Source: Rebecca billardiae RCC1528
Taxonomy: Eukaryota > Protista > Haptophyta
Direction: 5' to 3'
Assembly: GCA_965240325.2 (NCBI GenBank)
Contig: OZ251231.1
Coordinates: forward strand, 1,612,001 to 1,676,000
Length of the DNA stretch: 64,000 nucleotides
Position numbers and translations under genes: made by a program. Of the stretch, positions 23,707 through 34,426 are shown piece by piece (position 1 is the stretch's first letter; every line of letters starts with the position of its first letter). The notes beneath the pieces were generated by a model. The model saw only the letters and a program-made list of their open reading frames with translations. It was not told the origin of the DNA and did no database searches.

Positions 23707-23820
23707 TCAGTGGTTTGAGGTTGGGTGAGGGTGGTGGTTGGTTGGGGGCTGGCCAGGGTAGGGCTGGAGGCTTCGGCCGCCAGTCTGATCACCCGGAGCC
23801 CGTTATAAAGGGGAATTTAA
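23707..23820 (+). repeat. G-rich dispersed repeat family G with A-rich end
   Basis: Inverted copy at 35727-35838; partial copies at 14664-14700 and 52696-52755. Confidence 0.8.
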
Positions 23821-24570
23821 AAAAAATACAATATATGGCGGGCCGTAGGTCCGCCCCTTGTAGTGCCCGGGAAAAAGATAAGAAAAAGAAAATGAAAAAA
23901 GAAAATCGCCTCGCAAAGAAAAGAAAATCGCCTCGCTCACTGCCGGGTCGCTTCGCTCACTACCGGGCGCCCTCGCAGCTCCCACTGGGGACGCTCGGCC
24001 GAAAGAGAGTCCTGGATGGCGCGGAGCGCATGGGCCGCGCGCGCCGAATCCAACGCCGGCGTGGATATCGCGCGGAGACTCCCGAGGGGGGTTTTCGCCC
24101 GATTCGCGATTGCTGCCCTCGTCGTCTCGCGTGCAGGTCGAACGGGGGCTAAATCGACGCGTTTGGAGCGGTACGCTCGGCGCGTCGACACGATCGTGCG
24201 ACCTGGGGCGATCCTCGCCCGACGTGCACGTCGAAAGCTCGCACCGGCCATAGCATCATGCGCTGCGCACGATGGCCGCCTCGCGCGATCCACCGTCGCG
24301 CGTCGGGCTCGGTGCGGAAACGCATTCATCACGAGGCGTCTCGCGGGCGGGAAGCGCCATCGCACGCGACGCAAGCTTTGGCGCGGCCTTCTGAACACCA
24401 TAACCGGAATCCACACACCGGACTGTCGCGTGCCCCGGTTGGCAAGGTCGGGCGCATGCAAATCCGTTTGCTACGATCGGTGGTTTTCCAGAGCGCGAGC
24501 GATCATCTTTCACGCTCGCGAGCTCGCGACCAAAGATCGTTCGGCGCCTGAGGGCCCACGTCCAGCCTGC

Positions 24571-25131
24571 ATGGCGTCGACGGTGGCCAGTGCGACGGAG
24601 GCGCAGCGCGAAGCGGCGTACGAGGCGCACCGCACGCACCTGCCGGTTCTGCCGCCGTGGCCGGAATCGCGTCTTCGCGAATCGGCGATTGAGGCGACAG
24701 CGCGCTATAACCGATCCCAGGTGCGCATTCGCGACGAGCTGAAACGTCGCGCGTGCAAGATCGCCGCACCATCCTTGTCCATGGCACGGACGCTGCGGGA
24801 CGAGGCCAACGTCGTGAAGCCAGTGGCGCATGCGCTGCGCTTCCTGTGCCTGCTCGAACAGCGCGTGCCCACCCTCGATCGCGAGTGGCACACGCTCTCG
24901 CACTGCGCGCGCGCGCACCACCGAGAGCTCCTGATACCGCCGAACGTGCGAGTGCCGGACCTGTCGCGCGGAGCGGCGAGCGCCGACGAGCGCTTGGACC
25001 TGGACGCGCTGTTGTGCAGCGTGGCGGCCGTGCACGACGCCGACGCGACCTTCGCCGAGCCCATCGTGCCCGGAGCGGACATTGGCATCCTCGCGACACA
25101 CGATCTGTCATCCTGCCCGTCAATCCGCTAA
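24571..25131 (+). CDS. Hypothetical protein (186 aa)
   Basis: ATG-initiated distal part of a longer ORF with gene-like composition; no motif recognised. Confidence 0.45.
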   Translation: MASTVASATEAQREAAYEAHRTHLPVLPPWPESRLRESAIEATARYNRSQVRIRDELKRRACKIAAPSLSMARTLRDEANVVKPVAHALRFLCLLEQRVPTLDREWHTLSHCARAHHRELLIPPNVRVPDLSRGAASADERLDLDALLCSVAAVHDADATFAEPIVPGADIGILATHDLSSCPSIR

Positions 25132-25458
25132 AAGACGCGAACCCGCTGGGGAAATATTGCGACAGCACTGGCACGGCCCGCCGACCCCCCCGCCCGCCAG
25201 GGCAGAGTTTATATGAGATCCTGCGATCCTGTATTTATGTCGCCGCCGCCGGCCCGCCGCCGGTTTTGGGAATACGGGGATCCGCCGCCGCCAACTATGA
25301 TAATTCTTCTCAAAGCAATCTCATCATGCATACATCAATATCTCCGCCCCTGCAAGGGCGGGTTTGTATTAATCAATCAGCACAAGCAGACTACCGTATT
25401 CTGGTCCAACGCCACGCGGCCCGCGTTAGGAAACGCGCGCTCACAGTCACGTGGCCGG

Positions 25459-27535
25459 ATGTCGCCCGGCATGCAGACAGACGACACCACCCTGGGGTGG
25501 GCCGAGGCGCGGCCGTACTATGAACGCGTGCGATCAAGCGCGCTGCGTCACCTGTGCTCGATTTTCGCCGCTCGCAACGGCGGGCGCGACGACGGCTCGC
25601 ATTCGATGGACGTGCACTGGGGCGACGAGCTCGAGTACCACGTATTGCGCGTCGAACCCGCGCGACGGGCGGTGGCGCCTTCGCTGCGCAACGTGGAGCT
25701 CGTCGCGGCTCTGCGCGCCGGCGCTCCCGACGGCGCCAACGAGTGGCAGCTCGAGGCACCCAAGTGGCTCGTCGAGTCGAGCCCGGCGCGGCCGTACGGC
25801 CCGGCTCTCAACGGCATGCTGGACGTGGAGGCTTCGATGCGCGCGCGCCGGAGTCGTCTCGAGGCAGCGCTGCAAGCCGATGAGCGCGCGGTGACCTTCG
25901 CCGGCAACCCGCTCCCGCTCGTGGGCACGCACCAGCCCTGCGCCGATGATGGCGTGCGCGGCCCGCCATCAGATGCGTCGGCGGCGGCTGCCGCTGCTGC
26001 CACCGATGCCACCCTCCTCCTTCCCGGCCGCGCGCGCGCGCTCGCCGCGAACCTTCGGGACGGCCGGGCCTCGCCCATCGTGCTCCCGCTCTTTCGCGAC
26101 GTTGCGACCGCCGACGAGCCGTGCGTCCAGGTGCGTGCGCACACGTTGGCGCATGCGGCGAGCTGCTGCGCGCTGCAGGTGACGCTCGGCGCGAGCGACG
26201 CCGCCGAGGCGTGCAAGCTACACGACGCGGCGCTCGTCCTCGCGCCGCTCCTGCTTGCCCTCACGGCGGCGTCGCCCGCGCTCTTCGGCCGGCTCGTGGA
26301 CACGGACACCCGCTGGCCCGTGTGGGTTGGCTCGATGGTCGAGCGCTCGGCCGGCAGTGCGCGCAGTGCGGACCGGTGGGGCACTCTCGCCGGCGGCTAT
26401 GCCGACGAGGGCAGCCCAGCCCGCGCGAGTGGCGCCGAGGCCGAGGATGAGGACGACCAGGACGAGGACGACATCATCGCCGATGGCGCGCGTGCCTTCC
26501 ACGACGAGGCGCTTGGGCGGCTCCGAGCCGCGGGCTGCCCGCCGGCGCTCGGGGCGAAGCTGGCTCTGACGTGCTCTGCATTCGAGCCGCTCGTGATGGC
26601 GCGCGCTGACGCGCGCACGCTCGCGGATGGCTGGCCCGCTGATGCTGACGCGGACCGACGGCACTGGGTCTCGGTGCTCTACTCGTCCTTCCCGTGCGTG
26701 CGCCTGAAGCCGCCCAGCCAGGCCGACACCGACCCCGGCTGGCGCGTCGAGCTCCGCACCATGGAGGCGCAGCTCACGGATGGCGCGAACGCGGCGTGCG
26801 CCGTGTGCGCCACCCTGTTTGTCCAAGCTCTCGTGCGCAGCGGACTCGACGTGCGCGTGCCGCTCTCGGACATCAGGCGCAACATGGCGCGCGCACACGC
26901 GCGCGACGCGGTGCTCCACGAGCGCTTCGCGTTCTCGTGCGGCGGACACACGCCGGTGGACCTCACGCTCGACGAGATCGTCAACGGCGCCCCGGCGCTG
27001 CGTTGGGAAGGGCTCGTGCCGCTCGCGCGCCGCCACGTCTCCGCGCACACGGACGCGGCCGACGAGGCGACGCGGTGCGCGCACGGCCGCGCGCCACGCG
27101 CGCCCGTGCGGTGCGCTGTCCGTGCGGGTATTCGACGCCGATGCGCTCACCCACCACCCATCCCCACCTCCCCCGCCTCCCTGACCGCGCAGGCGTGGGA
27201 TCGACGCCCACCTCGCGCTGCTTTCCGAGCGTGCGCGCGGCTCGCGGGCCACGCACGCGGCGCGCGTGCGCTCCTTCCTGCGCGCACACGCAGAATACAA
27301 GGCTGACTCGGTGGTGACCCCGCCGATGATACACGATCTGGTCGAGCTCGAAGTGCCGGCGCTGAGGGCCGAGGAGGATGGCCAGGCGCACGCGGCGGCC
27401 AACGGGAAGCCGACCCGCCGCTGCGTCACGAGCCTTTCGCTGGCCTCGCCGCCGTCCTTCACGTCGAACGACTCGTCGTCTCGCAGCAGCACGTCGTCGT
27501 CCCCTGCTCTGTCGGATGCGTCGTCAGTCGAGTGA
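25459..27535 (+). CDS. Divergent glutamate-cysteine ligase (eukaryotic GCS family) homologue; exons 25459-27074 and 27193-27535
   Basis: HWGDELEY, SCCALQVT, LALTAASP, DTRW, RLKPP, GWRVELRTMEAQLTD; after splicing ERARG..VRSFLRAHAEYKADSVV..HDL matches the GCL C-terminus. Confidence 0.82.
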
Positions 27536-28056
27536 CGCCGCGAGGCGGTGGGCAGAGCGCGGCCCGCCACTCGGCGCTGCCGCTGCGCCGCCCACCTCGA
27601 CGGCCTCGACCGGCACGCCATCCCGGCAGGGCCGCAACGCGGCACGCGTGCCGGTGCCGGTGGCGGTGTGCCGCGACAGCGGCGTGACCATGTATTCACA
27701 GCAGCGTGTTGTACGGTACATATGTGTCGTCACTATAGTTAGTTAGACTGCTTATTATTAGATCATAGCAGATGCCCCTCATGCGTCCGACTAATTTGAC
27801 TTGGATGGCGCGCTGACGACGGTTGCCTGTGAGAACCGTGCATGTGACCCAGGAGGTCCCGTCAGACGCGCTACTAAGCTAACTATAAGCCGGCCGCGGG
27901 GAGCGGGCAGGGAGCGGGGGAGCCTACTACTTCAATGGCCTGGGCGAGAACTTTACGAGTGGCCCGGTACGTGGCAGGCATGCGCCGGACGGCCAGACGA
28001 CAGGCGACAACAGCCCGAAGCACGTATCGGGCCGTTCAGGGCTTCTGATTGGCTCA

Positions 28057-29637
28057 TCAGGCGCGAGCGCCGGGCACCGCCTTCCTGGCCCACGTGCGCA
28101 GCACGTCGGCCGTGCTCCGCGGCTCCTCCTGGAAGAAGCCATGGCCGAGGGGCAGCACGCGCGCCTCGAGCCGATCACCGAGGCCAGGCGAGAGCGCCGT
28201 GTGCCACGCGGCGTAGTTGGCCTGGTAGGGCACGACGCTGTCCTCCTCGCCCCACAGCAGCAACACCTGCAGGCTGGGCGAGCGGCCGAGCGCGGCAGCG
28301 CTCGGCTCACACCCGAACAGCGGGAAGTTCTTCACGCATCCCCAGAACGCGTCGAAGGCGTCGGGGCGCATCTCGGTCTGCAGGCGCATGAGGGTGAGCG
28401 CGCCACGCGCGCCGTCGGACGACACGTCGATGAAGTCGTCTTCCTGCGCCTTGTCGTTGCCCCGGCGGAGCACCCGACGGAGGATCGGATGCGCGCAAAC
28501 GGCCGCGCGGCCGAGCTTGATTGGCGCGGCCGCGGCTCCGGACATCAGCCCCGCCGGGGCGATCAGCACGAGGTGCGAGACGCGCTCGGGGTAGCGCTCG
28601 GCAAACAGCGCGGCCAACGCGCCGCCCATCGAGTGCCCCACCAGCACCACGGGCGGTGCCGCCGCGGCCCCCGCCTGCCGCCCACCGCCGCCGCCGCTCA
28701 GCCCGAGCCGCCCGGCGGTGTGCTCGAGCAGCTCACGCAGCTGCTCCACGTGTGCGGCGCCGTCGTAACGGCCGTCGCGCGGCAGGTCGGAGTGGCCGCG
28801 GCCGAAGAGGTCGTACGCGAGCACCCGAAAGCCCAGCTCGGCCAGCACGGGCAAGAGGGGGTCGAACGCCGCCGAGAACGCGCCGATGCCGTGGACGCAC
28901 ACGGCCACGGGTGCGGGCGCAGGCACATCCCTGCGCGCGGAGCCCGCGCGCGCGGGCTCGTGGATGAAGAAGTTGGTGCCCAGCGGGGTGCGCTCGCCGC
29001 GGCGAGCGGCCCACGCGCGCTTCAGGATCTCCGCGCGCACGTCCGCGTACACCGCATCCGGGGCGCGCGCGCCGTCCAGCCGCACGAGCGCGTGCGCGGG
29101 CACGGCGCCCAGCACCGCGCTCAGGTTGCGCTTGTACGTCTCGAGCCGCGTGCGCGCCGTCTGCTCGGTGTCGTCGTCGCGCTGGACGAGGCGCGCCTGG
29201 ACAGCGGGGTCCTTCGCGGGCTTGCTCTTCACGTGGTAGATCTTGCCCGTCTCCGGATCGAGCCGGCGGCCCGTCACGCGATCGACAATGTCAGCGTCCG
29301 GGACGTCCAGCACGACGAATGCGTCCGGCACGATGCCAGCGCGAGCGAGCGCGTCGGCCTGGGCGCGCGTGCGCGGGAAGCCGTCGAGGAGCCAGCCGCG
29401 CCGCGCGCAGTCCTCCTCGCCGAGCCGCGCCGTCAGCATCTCGATGATGAGCGCGTCGGGCACGAGCTCGCCTTTGTTCATGTACGACTGCGCCTTGCGC
29501 CCGAGCTCACTGTTAGCCTTGACGGCGGCGCGAAGCATGTCGCCGGTGGAGAGGTGGACGACGTTGAAGTCGCGCACCACCTTCTCGCACTGCGTGCCCT
29601 TGCCCGACGCCGGGGCCCCCGAGAGAATCAGCTTCAT
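28057..29637 (-). CDS. Adenylate kinase + alpha/beta-hydrolase fusion protein
   Basis: GAPASGKGTQ, STGDMLR, LLDGFPRT, GRRLDPETGKIYH, QRDDD; same frame then VHGIG, YDLFGRGHS, GHSMGG, GEEDSVVP, GHG. Confidence 0.88.
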   Translation of the reverse strand: MKLILSGAPASGKGTQCEKVVRDFNVVHLSTGDMLRAAVKANSELGRKAQSYMNKGELVPDALIIEMLTARLGEEDCARRGWLLDGFPRTRAQADALARAGIVPDAFVVLDVPDADIVDRVTGRRLDPETGKIYHVKSKPAKDPAVQARLVQRDDDTEQTARTRLETYKRNLSAVLGAVPAHALVRLDGARAPDAVYADVRAEILKRAWAARRGERTPLGTNFFIHEPARAGSARRDVPAPAPVAVCVHGIGAFSAAFDPLLPVLAELGFRVLAYDLFGRGHSDLPRDGRYDGAAHVEQLRELLEHTAGRLGLSGGGGGRQAGAAAAPPVVLVGHSMGGALAALFAERYPERVSHLVLIAPAGLMSGAAAAPIKLGRAAVCAHPILRRVLRRGNDKAQEDDFIDVSSDGARGALTLMRLQTEMRPDAFDAFWGCVKNFPLFGCEPSAAALGRSPSLQVLLLWGEEDSVVPYQANYAAWHTALSPGLGDRLEARVLPLGHGFFQEEPRSTADVLRTWARKAVPGARA

Positions 29638-29798
29638 TGTCGGCGGTGCGCGTTGGATCGGAGGGCTAGTCGCGCGTTCTGGGACAAGGCGTGGCAGACT
29701 GGACCGTTTGCGGGGCACAACTTCGCAGTCCGGCGCCCGGAAACTGTTTCGCAGGTGTGCAGCGGCCGCAGGACTTGCTGGCGGTGGTTTCTCGCAGC

Positions 29799-30650
29799 AT
29801 GTCGCTCAAGCCCGCGGTGCCGCGGGTGGGCTTCGGCGCGCAGGAGGAGTACAATCGAGTCGTCGATGGCGCACGCGTCATCTCGCGGGTCAGCCGGGAG
29901 AATGTCGGCCTCGCCAAGGCGGCACCGGCGCCACGCGCCTTCAAACCCATGCCGCCTCCCATCACGTCTGACGCTGAGCTGCTCGAACAGGCCAGGGCCG
30001 CCGAAGCACGAGAGCGGAGGCGAGCGGCGGCGCTCAAGTCCCGCGAGCACCAGCCACCAGCCACGTCCGATGGCCTTCGCACATTCTTCCGGCCCGAGCC
30101 CATCCAGGAGCTCGACATGCGCGTTGCGCGCGACCTCTACGATTTCCACCGCGCCACGCGGACCGTGTACGAGCTGCCACCTCCCGAAAAGCCCAAGCGG
30201 CGGTGGGTGACATACGTGCACGCGCAAACGAATCACGACCTGAGGACGCGGGCACTGCGTGATCAGGCGGAGCCGCCCACACTCAAGGCGGACCCTCACA
30301 CCTCGACGTCCATCCGGGCCGAGATGAACCGGCGCAGCGCGCGGGCATCGGAGCGCGCCAACAGGGCAGAGTGGCGTTCCCACATCCACCTGCCGAGCAA
30401 CCAGGATCTGCGGGCCGCGGCGTACCTCGACAAGCGGCAGGGCGAGCTACGCATGGGCGAGTCGACCGCGCCGCGTGAGGTGCCCCTGGCCATGACGATG
30501 AATGGGTGCCCTGGCGCAGTGCTCGGAGGGCACTCCTTCCGTGACCTCATCCCGCGCCGCACACACCTCATGCTCGAGAACGGCAAGCCCGAGTTCGAGC
30601 TGGCAACGCTGGCGAGGGTCCAGCGCGGAGAGCGCAGCGTCGTCACTTGA
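29799..30650 (+). CDS. Hypothetical protein (283 aa), head-to-head with the ADK fusion
   Basis: Gene-like codon bias; ATG 161 bp from the neighbouring start. Confidence 0.65.
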   Translation: MSLKPAVPRVGFGAQEEYNRVVDGARVISRVSRENVGLAKAAPAPRAFKPMPPPITSDAELLEQARAAEARERRRAAALKSREHQPPATSDGLRTFFRPEPIQELDMRVARDLYDFHRATRTVYELPPPEKPKRRWVTYVHAQTNHDLRTRALRDQAEPPTLKADPHTSTSIRAEMNRRSARASERANRAEWRSHIHLPSNQDLRAAAYLDKRQGELRMGESTAPREVPLAMTMNGCPGAVLGGHSFRDLIPRRTHLMLENGKPEFELATLARVQRGERSVVT

Positions 30651-30949
30651 CGCCGTCGTCCTTTTTTGGCTTACTCGGTGCGCATCGCATGTGATGAGCC
30701 GCTTCGTCGTGCTACCCTGCGGCTTGGCGGTGCCGCGCCGGACCGCACAATTCACTCCGGCACTGACCCGAAGCGCCACACGTACCCCGGGCCGTCTTGG
30801 GATGGAGTCAGAGTCACATCGTAATAACGTTTATGTAACACCCGCCTGGCTCCAGATGGCTTCGGACCGCTTATTCGGAGCGGGAGTTCGGCGGCGGTTT
30901 ATAACAAGATCGACCGCGGATCGTTATCATCAGACCCCCCCGCGCCTTA

Positions 30950-31483
30950 CAGGCAATCGCGGGCAGCAATAAGAAGTCAGAGATCTCACGGCTAGTCTCA
31001 GCGGGTTCTTAGCCGTTCGGTAGCCCGAGCGCCTACGGAGTCTCAGTTTCTTAGCGCTAGGTCCGCCCGCCGCGCAGGCGCGGGGGGCGCAGGGCCGGGC
31101 AGAGCCCCCGCGGCCGAGCTGAGTGTTCAGAGTTCAGGCCTGGCCGGCGAGGCCGAAGAAAATTTTGCGCCATTTTGGAGCAATAAATCTGGCATGATGT
31201 TGCATGGATGCTGCGGTGCACTGGCCAGGAGCCAGTCATCAGGAGAAGTCGGGACTTGGCCTGTACTCGTAGTCGGGCCGTGCGCCGGCGTCCCACGGGC
31301 CGACTGCGCCTCGGCGGACCACTCGTCAGCCGCGACGACTGTCACTGTAGTCCCGGTTTCTTAGTGTGACTATGCGTTTAGCGAACCAGCCATCAATCGC
31401 TAGTCTCAGTTTCTAGGCCAGATCCGCAGATAGCAAGCCCCAGTTTCTTAACGTGACAGCTCCTTATTGCCCGCGATTGCCTG
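30950..31483. mobile_element. Tc1/mariner-like MITE (534 bp)
   Basis: TA|CAGGCAATCGCGGGCA ... TGCCCGCGATTGCCTG|TA; repeated internal GTCTCAGTTTCTTAG-like motifs. Confidence 0.75.
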
Positions 31484-31807
31484 TATTCAATTCCGGCCGC
31501 CCGTATATTCGGTTACTATATATATATTCCGAGACGCAGCGGCCTGGTTATAATTACATATTGTAGTAGTGGGCCATTTAATAGATATAGCTGCTGCTGG
31601 ACTTCAGCCAGGGCGCGAGGGCTCAAACTAGAAGTAGACGGGCCGACAAGCCCGTAGCTTAAGTATGCCGTGTGAATCGCCATGCCACTATGTCTATAGT
31701 TAATAACTGAAACTAGTAATAATAATAAGTTCATGGCATCAGTGTCACGACAGTACGTAGCTAAGTCACTGAAAGTACTGATGAGCCCCTTCCGATCCGT
31801 AACTCAC

Positions 31808-31983
31808 TACAGTTTACTAATAATAAGAGACGCGCACACAGCTCAGGCAGTACTACAGTTTAATACAGTATGGTTTAACGTGCACACTTGGCCTTAAGGC
31901 ATGATTGACGCCATCCAACACTGCACAAAGACACTGCCACAAAACAGACCGGCGCAGGCAGGTGAGGGGCGCGTTGCCGCACC
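31808..31983 (-). repeat. Stacked family C and family A short repeats
   Basis: Family A at 31808-31850, an extra TACAGTTT, family C at 31864-31983, all in the same orientation. Confidence 0.78.
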
Positions 31984-32497
31984 TCATCGAGGCGGCCATT
32001 GCAGCAAGCGGCCGCCCCGCGCTCGGAGGCACGCGCTCGAGAGCGCGCTCTGACACCACACGGGGAGGGTGCTGCACGACAGTCTGGGACTGGATGTTGT
32101 ATCCCAGCCACCTCGAGAGTGCAGCCGCGCCGAACACCTGCCTGCGCTGTGAGCGACGCCGCGAGTCCAGTCGTAGATCTATGTCTCCGGTCATGTGAGC
32201 AGTTATCGTTGAGGTCCCAGGCATCTTAAATCGCGCCCGGCGCGGCCACCCGCTTACGTCACCTTCTTACGTGCCGCGCGCCCCCTCCCGCCTCCGCGCC
32301 GTCAGAGCTCACGCGCGCCGGGGCGCCATCGAACTTACGAAGATACGCGCTGGCGTATATAGATCTTCTCACTTAGACTGCCACGGCCCGAAGTCACTAA
32401 GAAGTCCGAACGGAACGAAGTCGAAGACGACGTGCGAGTCAAACAGAGTGCTGAGATACGACGGTACTGACGAGCTATAAATGTACGTTTATATACG

Positions 32498-32513
32498 TCT
32501 CTCTCTCTCTCTG

Positions 32514-32574
<61 letters not shown>

Positions 32575-32630
32575 AGCGCGCTCTCTCTCTCTCTCTAGCG
32601 CGCTCTCTCTCTCTCTCTAGCGCTCTCTCT
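32498..32630. repeat. (CT)n microsatellite, interrupted
   Basis: Direct reading. Confidence 0.95.
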
Positions 32631-32801
32631 GATGTCTATCTATATATATCGATCGTCTATGCTGCGCTATTATTTATCTAGTTATCTATAGTCATCTGTC
32701 TACTGTAGCATGTCGATGGCGTTCGTCCGACACTACGAGTACGACGTCACAGCCGAACGACACGACGACGAACCGTGTCGTCCGCCATCGGCTGCTATAT
32801 T

Positions 32802-34121
32802 TTATTTGATGGCCGATCGCAGCAGCGAACGGTAGAGCGCGCGGGCGTACCGGTAGAGCTCAATGTCCGGTTGGAGGAAGGTCCGGACCGCCGCGTACTC
32901 GGAAGGCGGGATCAGCCGCACCGCGCGCTCCGCGGACTGCACCAGCGTCGTCGGCGTTTGCGCGGCGGCCGCGGCGGCCGCGGCAGAGGAGCGCAGCTGT
33001 GCAGTGCCTTCCGCCGCCACCCGCTGCCGTCTCCACGCCCCGCTGATATCTACCCACGCGTTCTCGCGCACCTCGTCCTTGCCGCTCGCCATCTCAAGGG
33101 CAGGCGCGCGCGCCAGCGCGGCGAGGGCGCGCGTGCCGTTGCGCAGCCCTTCCTCGAGGATCAGCGCCGCCACGTACTCGCGCACGTTGCGCTTGGCCGC
33201 GCGGAGGAGGCGGGCGGCGGTGGATTGGTCAGCGGCCGTGCCGCCCACGCCGGGCGCGGACGCGTTGCCGCGCCTCGCGCTGGAGGGCGCATCGGACGCG
33301 TCGAGGCGCGCGCCGGAAGCACTGGCTGCCAGCGGTGGTAGTGGCCCGCAGTCCATGCGATACTCCCCGCGCGGCGGCGGGCGGGAGCGGCGCTCGTCGG
33401 CGGCGACGGCGCACGGCGCACATGCGAGCCTGCCCGAGAGCTGCTCGACGTACGGGTTGCCGAGCAGCGCCGTGAACTCGGAGAACGAGGCGTTGTGCGG
33501 GCACACGCGGCCGTCAATGGCGGCGAACGCATTGGGCGCGCACAGGTGGCCGCCCTCGGCGCACGCGAGGCAGAAGTAGCGGTACGAGCTCAGCGCGCGC
33601 CGAACGGGGTCGCGCAGCAGCGTAAAGTAGGTACACGGCCGCCGCCCGCCCGCGCCGCCGCCGCCGCCGCCGCCGGCGCCACCCCCGCCCGCCCACAGCG
33701 TGCGACAGTGCCCGAAGAAAGCCTGCACCAGCGTTATGGGCTGCGCACCCTGACCCACCGCCACTGGGCACGGAACCTGCGCACGCGGCACCGTCGCGGA
33801 AGGCGCCCGCTCACTGCCACCCATGTGCATGGGCATATAGCGTGGCAGCGCACTGCCCTGCACGCGCGACATGTGCGCGCGCAAGCTCGACGATCCCACC
33901 TTGGCAAACGGCACATAGACGAGCGTGCGGCCGCTGTGCCCGCCAACGGCATCACCAAAGCGGCGCGAGAGGCCGCCCGGCTCGGGCATCAGCCCATCGA
34001 CGCAGCCAAGGGTGCGAACTGCGTCTACGGGCGCGATGGCGTAGTCCGGCACAGAGACCCCGCCTCTCGTCGTCGTAGCGAGCGTCGCCACGGCGAGAAC
34101 TGCCATCGTGCAGGCGGTCAT
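32802..34121 (-). CDS. Sulfotransferase (Sulfotransfer_2 / Golgi-type) with signal peptide
   Basis: 5'-PSB-like YVPFAKVGSSSLR; 3'-PB-like YFTLLRDPVRRALSSYRY; C-terminal DIELYRYA. Confidence 0.8.
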   Translation of the reverse strand: MTACTMAVLAVATLATTTRGGVSVPDYAIAPVDAVRTLGCVDGLMPEPGGLSRRFGDAVGGHSGRTLVYVPFAKVGSSSLRAHMSRVQGSALPRYMPMHMGGSERAPSATVPRAQVPCPVAVGQGAQPITLVQAFFGHCRTLWAGGGGAGGGGGGGAGGRRPCTYFTLLRDPVRRALSSYRYFCLACAEGGHLCAPNAFAAIDGRVCPHNASFSEFTALLGNPYVEQLSGRLACAPCAVAADERRSRPPPRGEYRMDCGPLPPLAASASGARLDASDAPSSARRGNASAPGVGGTAADQSTAARLLRAAKRNVREYVAALILEEGLRNGTRALAALARAPALEMASGKDEVRENAWVDISGAWRRQRVAAEGTAQLRSSAAAAAAAAQTPTTLVQSAERAVRLIPPSEYAAVRTFLQPDIELYRYARALYRSLLRSAIK

Positions 34122-34172
34122 CGTGAACTGGCACTGCTTGCGGGCTCGTCGACCAAGGGGTCTTACAAATAA

Positions 34173-34400
34173 CCCACTCCGACTGGGGAGGAAGCCCCCA
34201 GTGCGAGCTCGGTCCCATGTTCTGTACGCCGCGGTTCTGAAGTCCGGTGATTTCGCAGGCTTCAGCGGTGATTTTCTAGCCGAAACGCCTATTCTGAACG
34301 ATCTCCGGACAAAAAGCCACTGTGACCAGGCTTCCAAAACACCGGACTCTGGAACCGCGGCGTACAGAACATGGGTCCACTTGCCTTCCTCCCCAGTGGG
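34173..34400. mobile_element. ~228 bp MITE with CCC..GGG termini between two divergent genes
   Basis: Nested inverted repeats CTGGGGAGGAAG, CCCATGTTCTGTACGCCGCGGTTC and AGTCCGGTG; flanks ATAA and TTTT, so no clean TTAA TSD. Confidence 0.65.
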
Positions 34401-34426
34401 TTTTTAAAGACTCCTTGCGTCGACCG

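Noticed and set aside
28141-30210. 689-aa plus-strand ORF and other long antisense ORFs (54022-55485, 59538-61142, 26218-27699)
   Set aside because: Shadow ORFs opposite real genes in very GC-rich DNA; no motifs.
31768-31800. GAAAGTACTGATGAG, hammerhead-ribozyme-like core words
   Set aside because: I could not build the required stems around the motifs.
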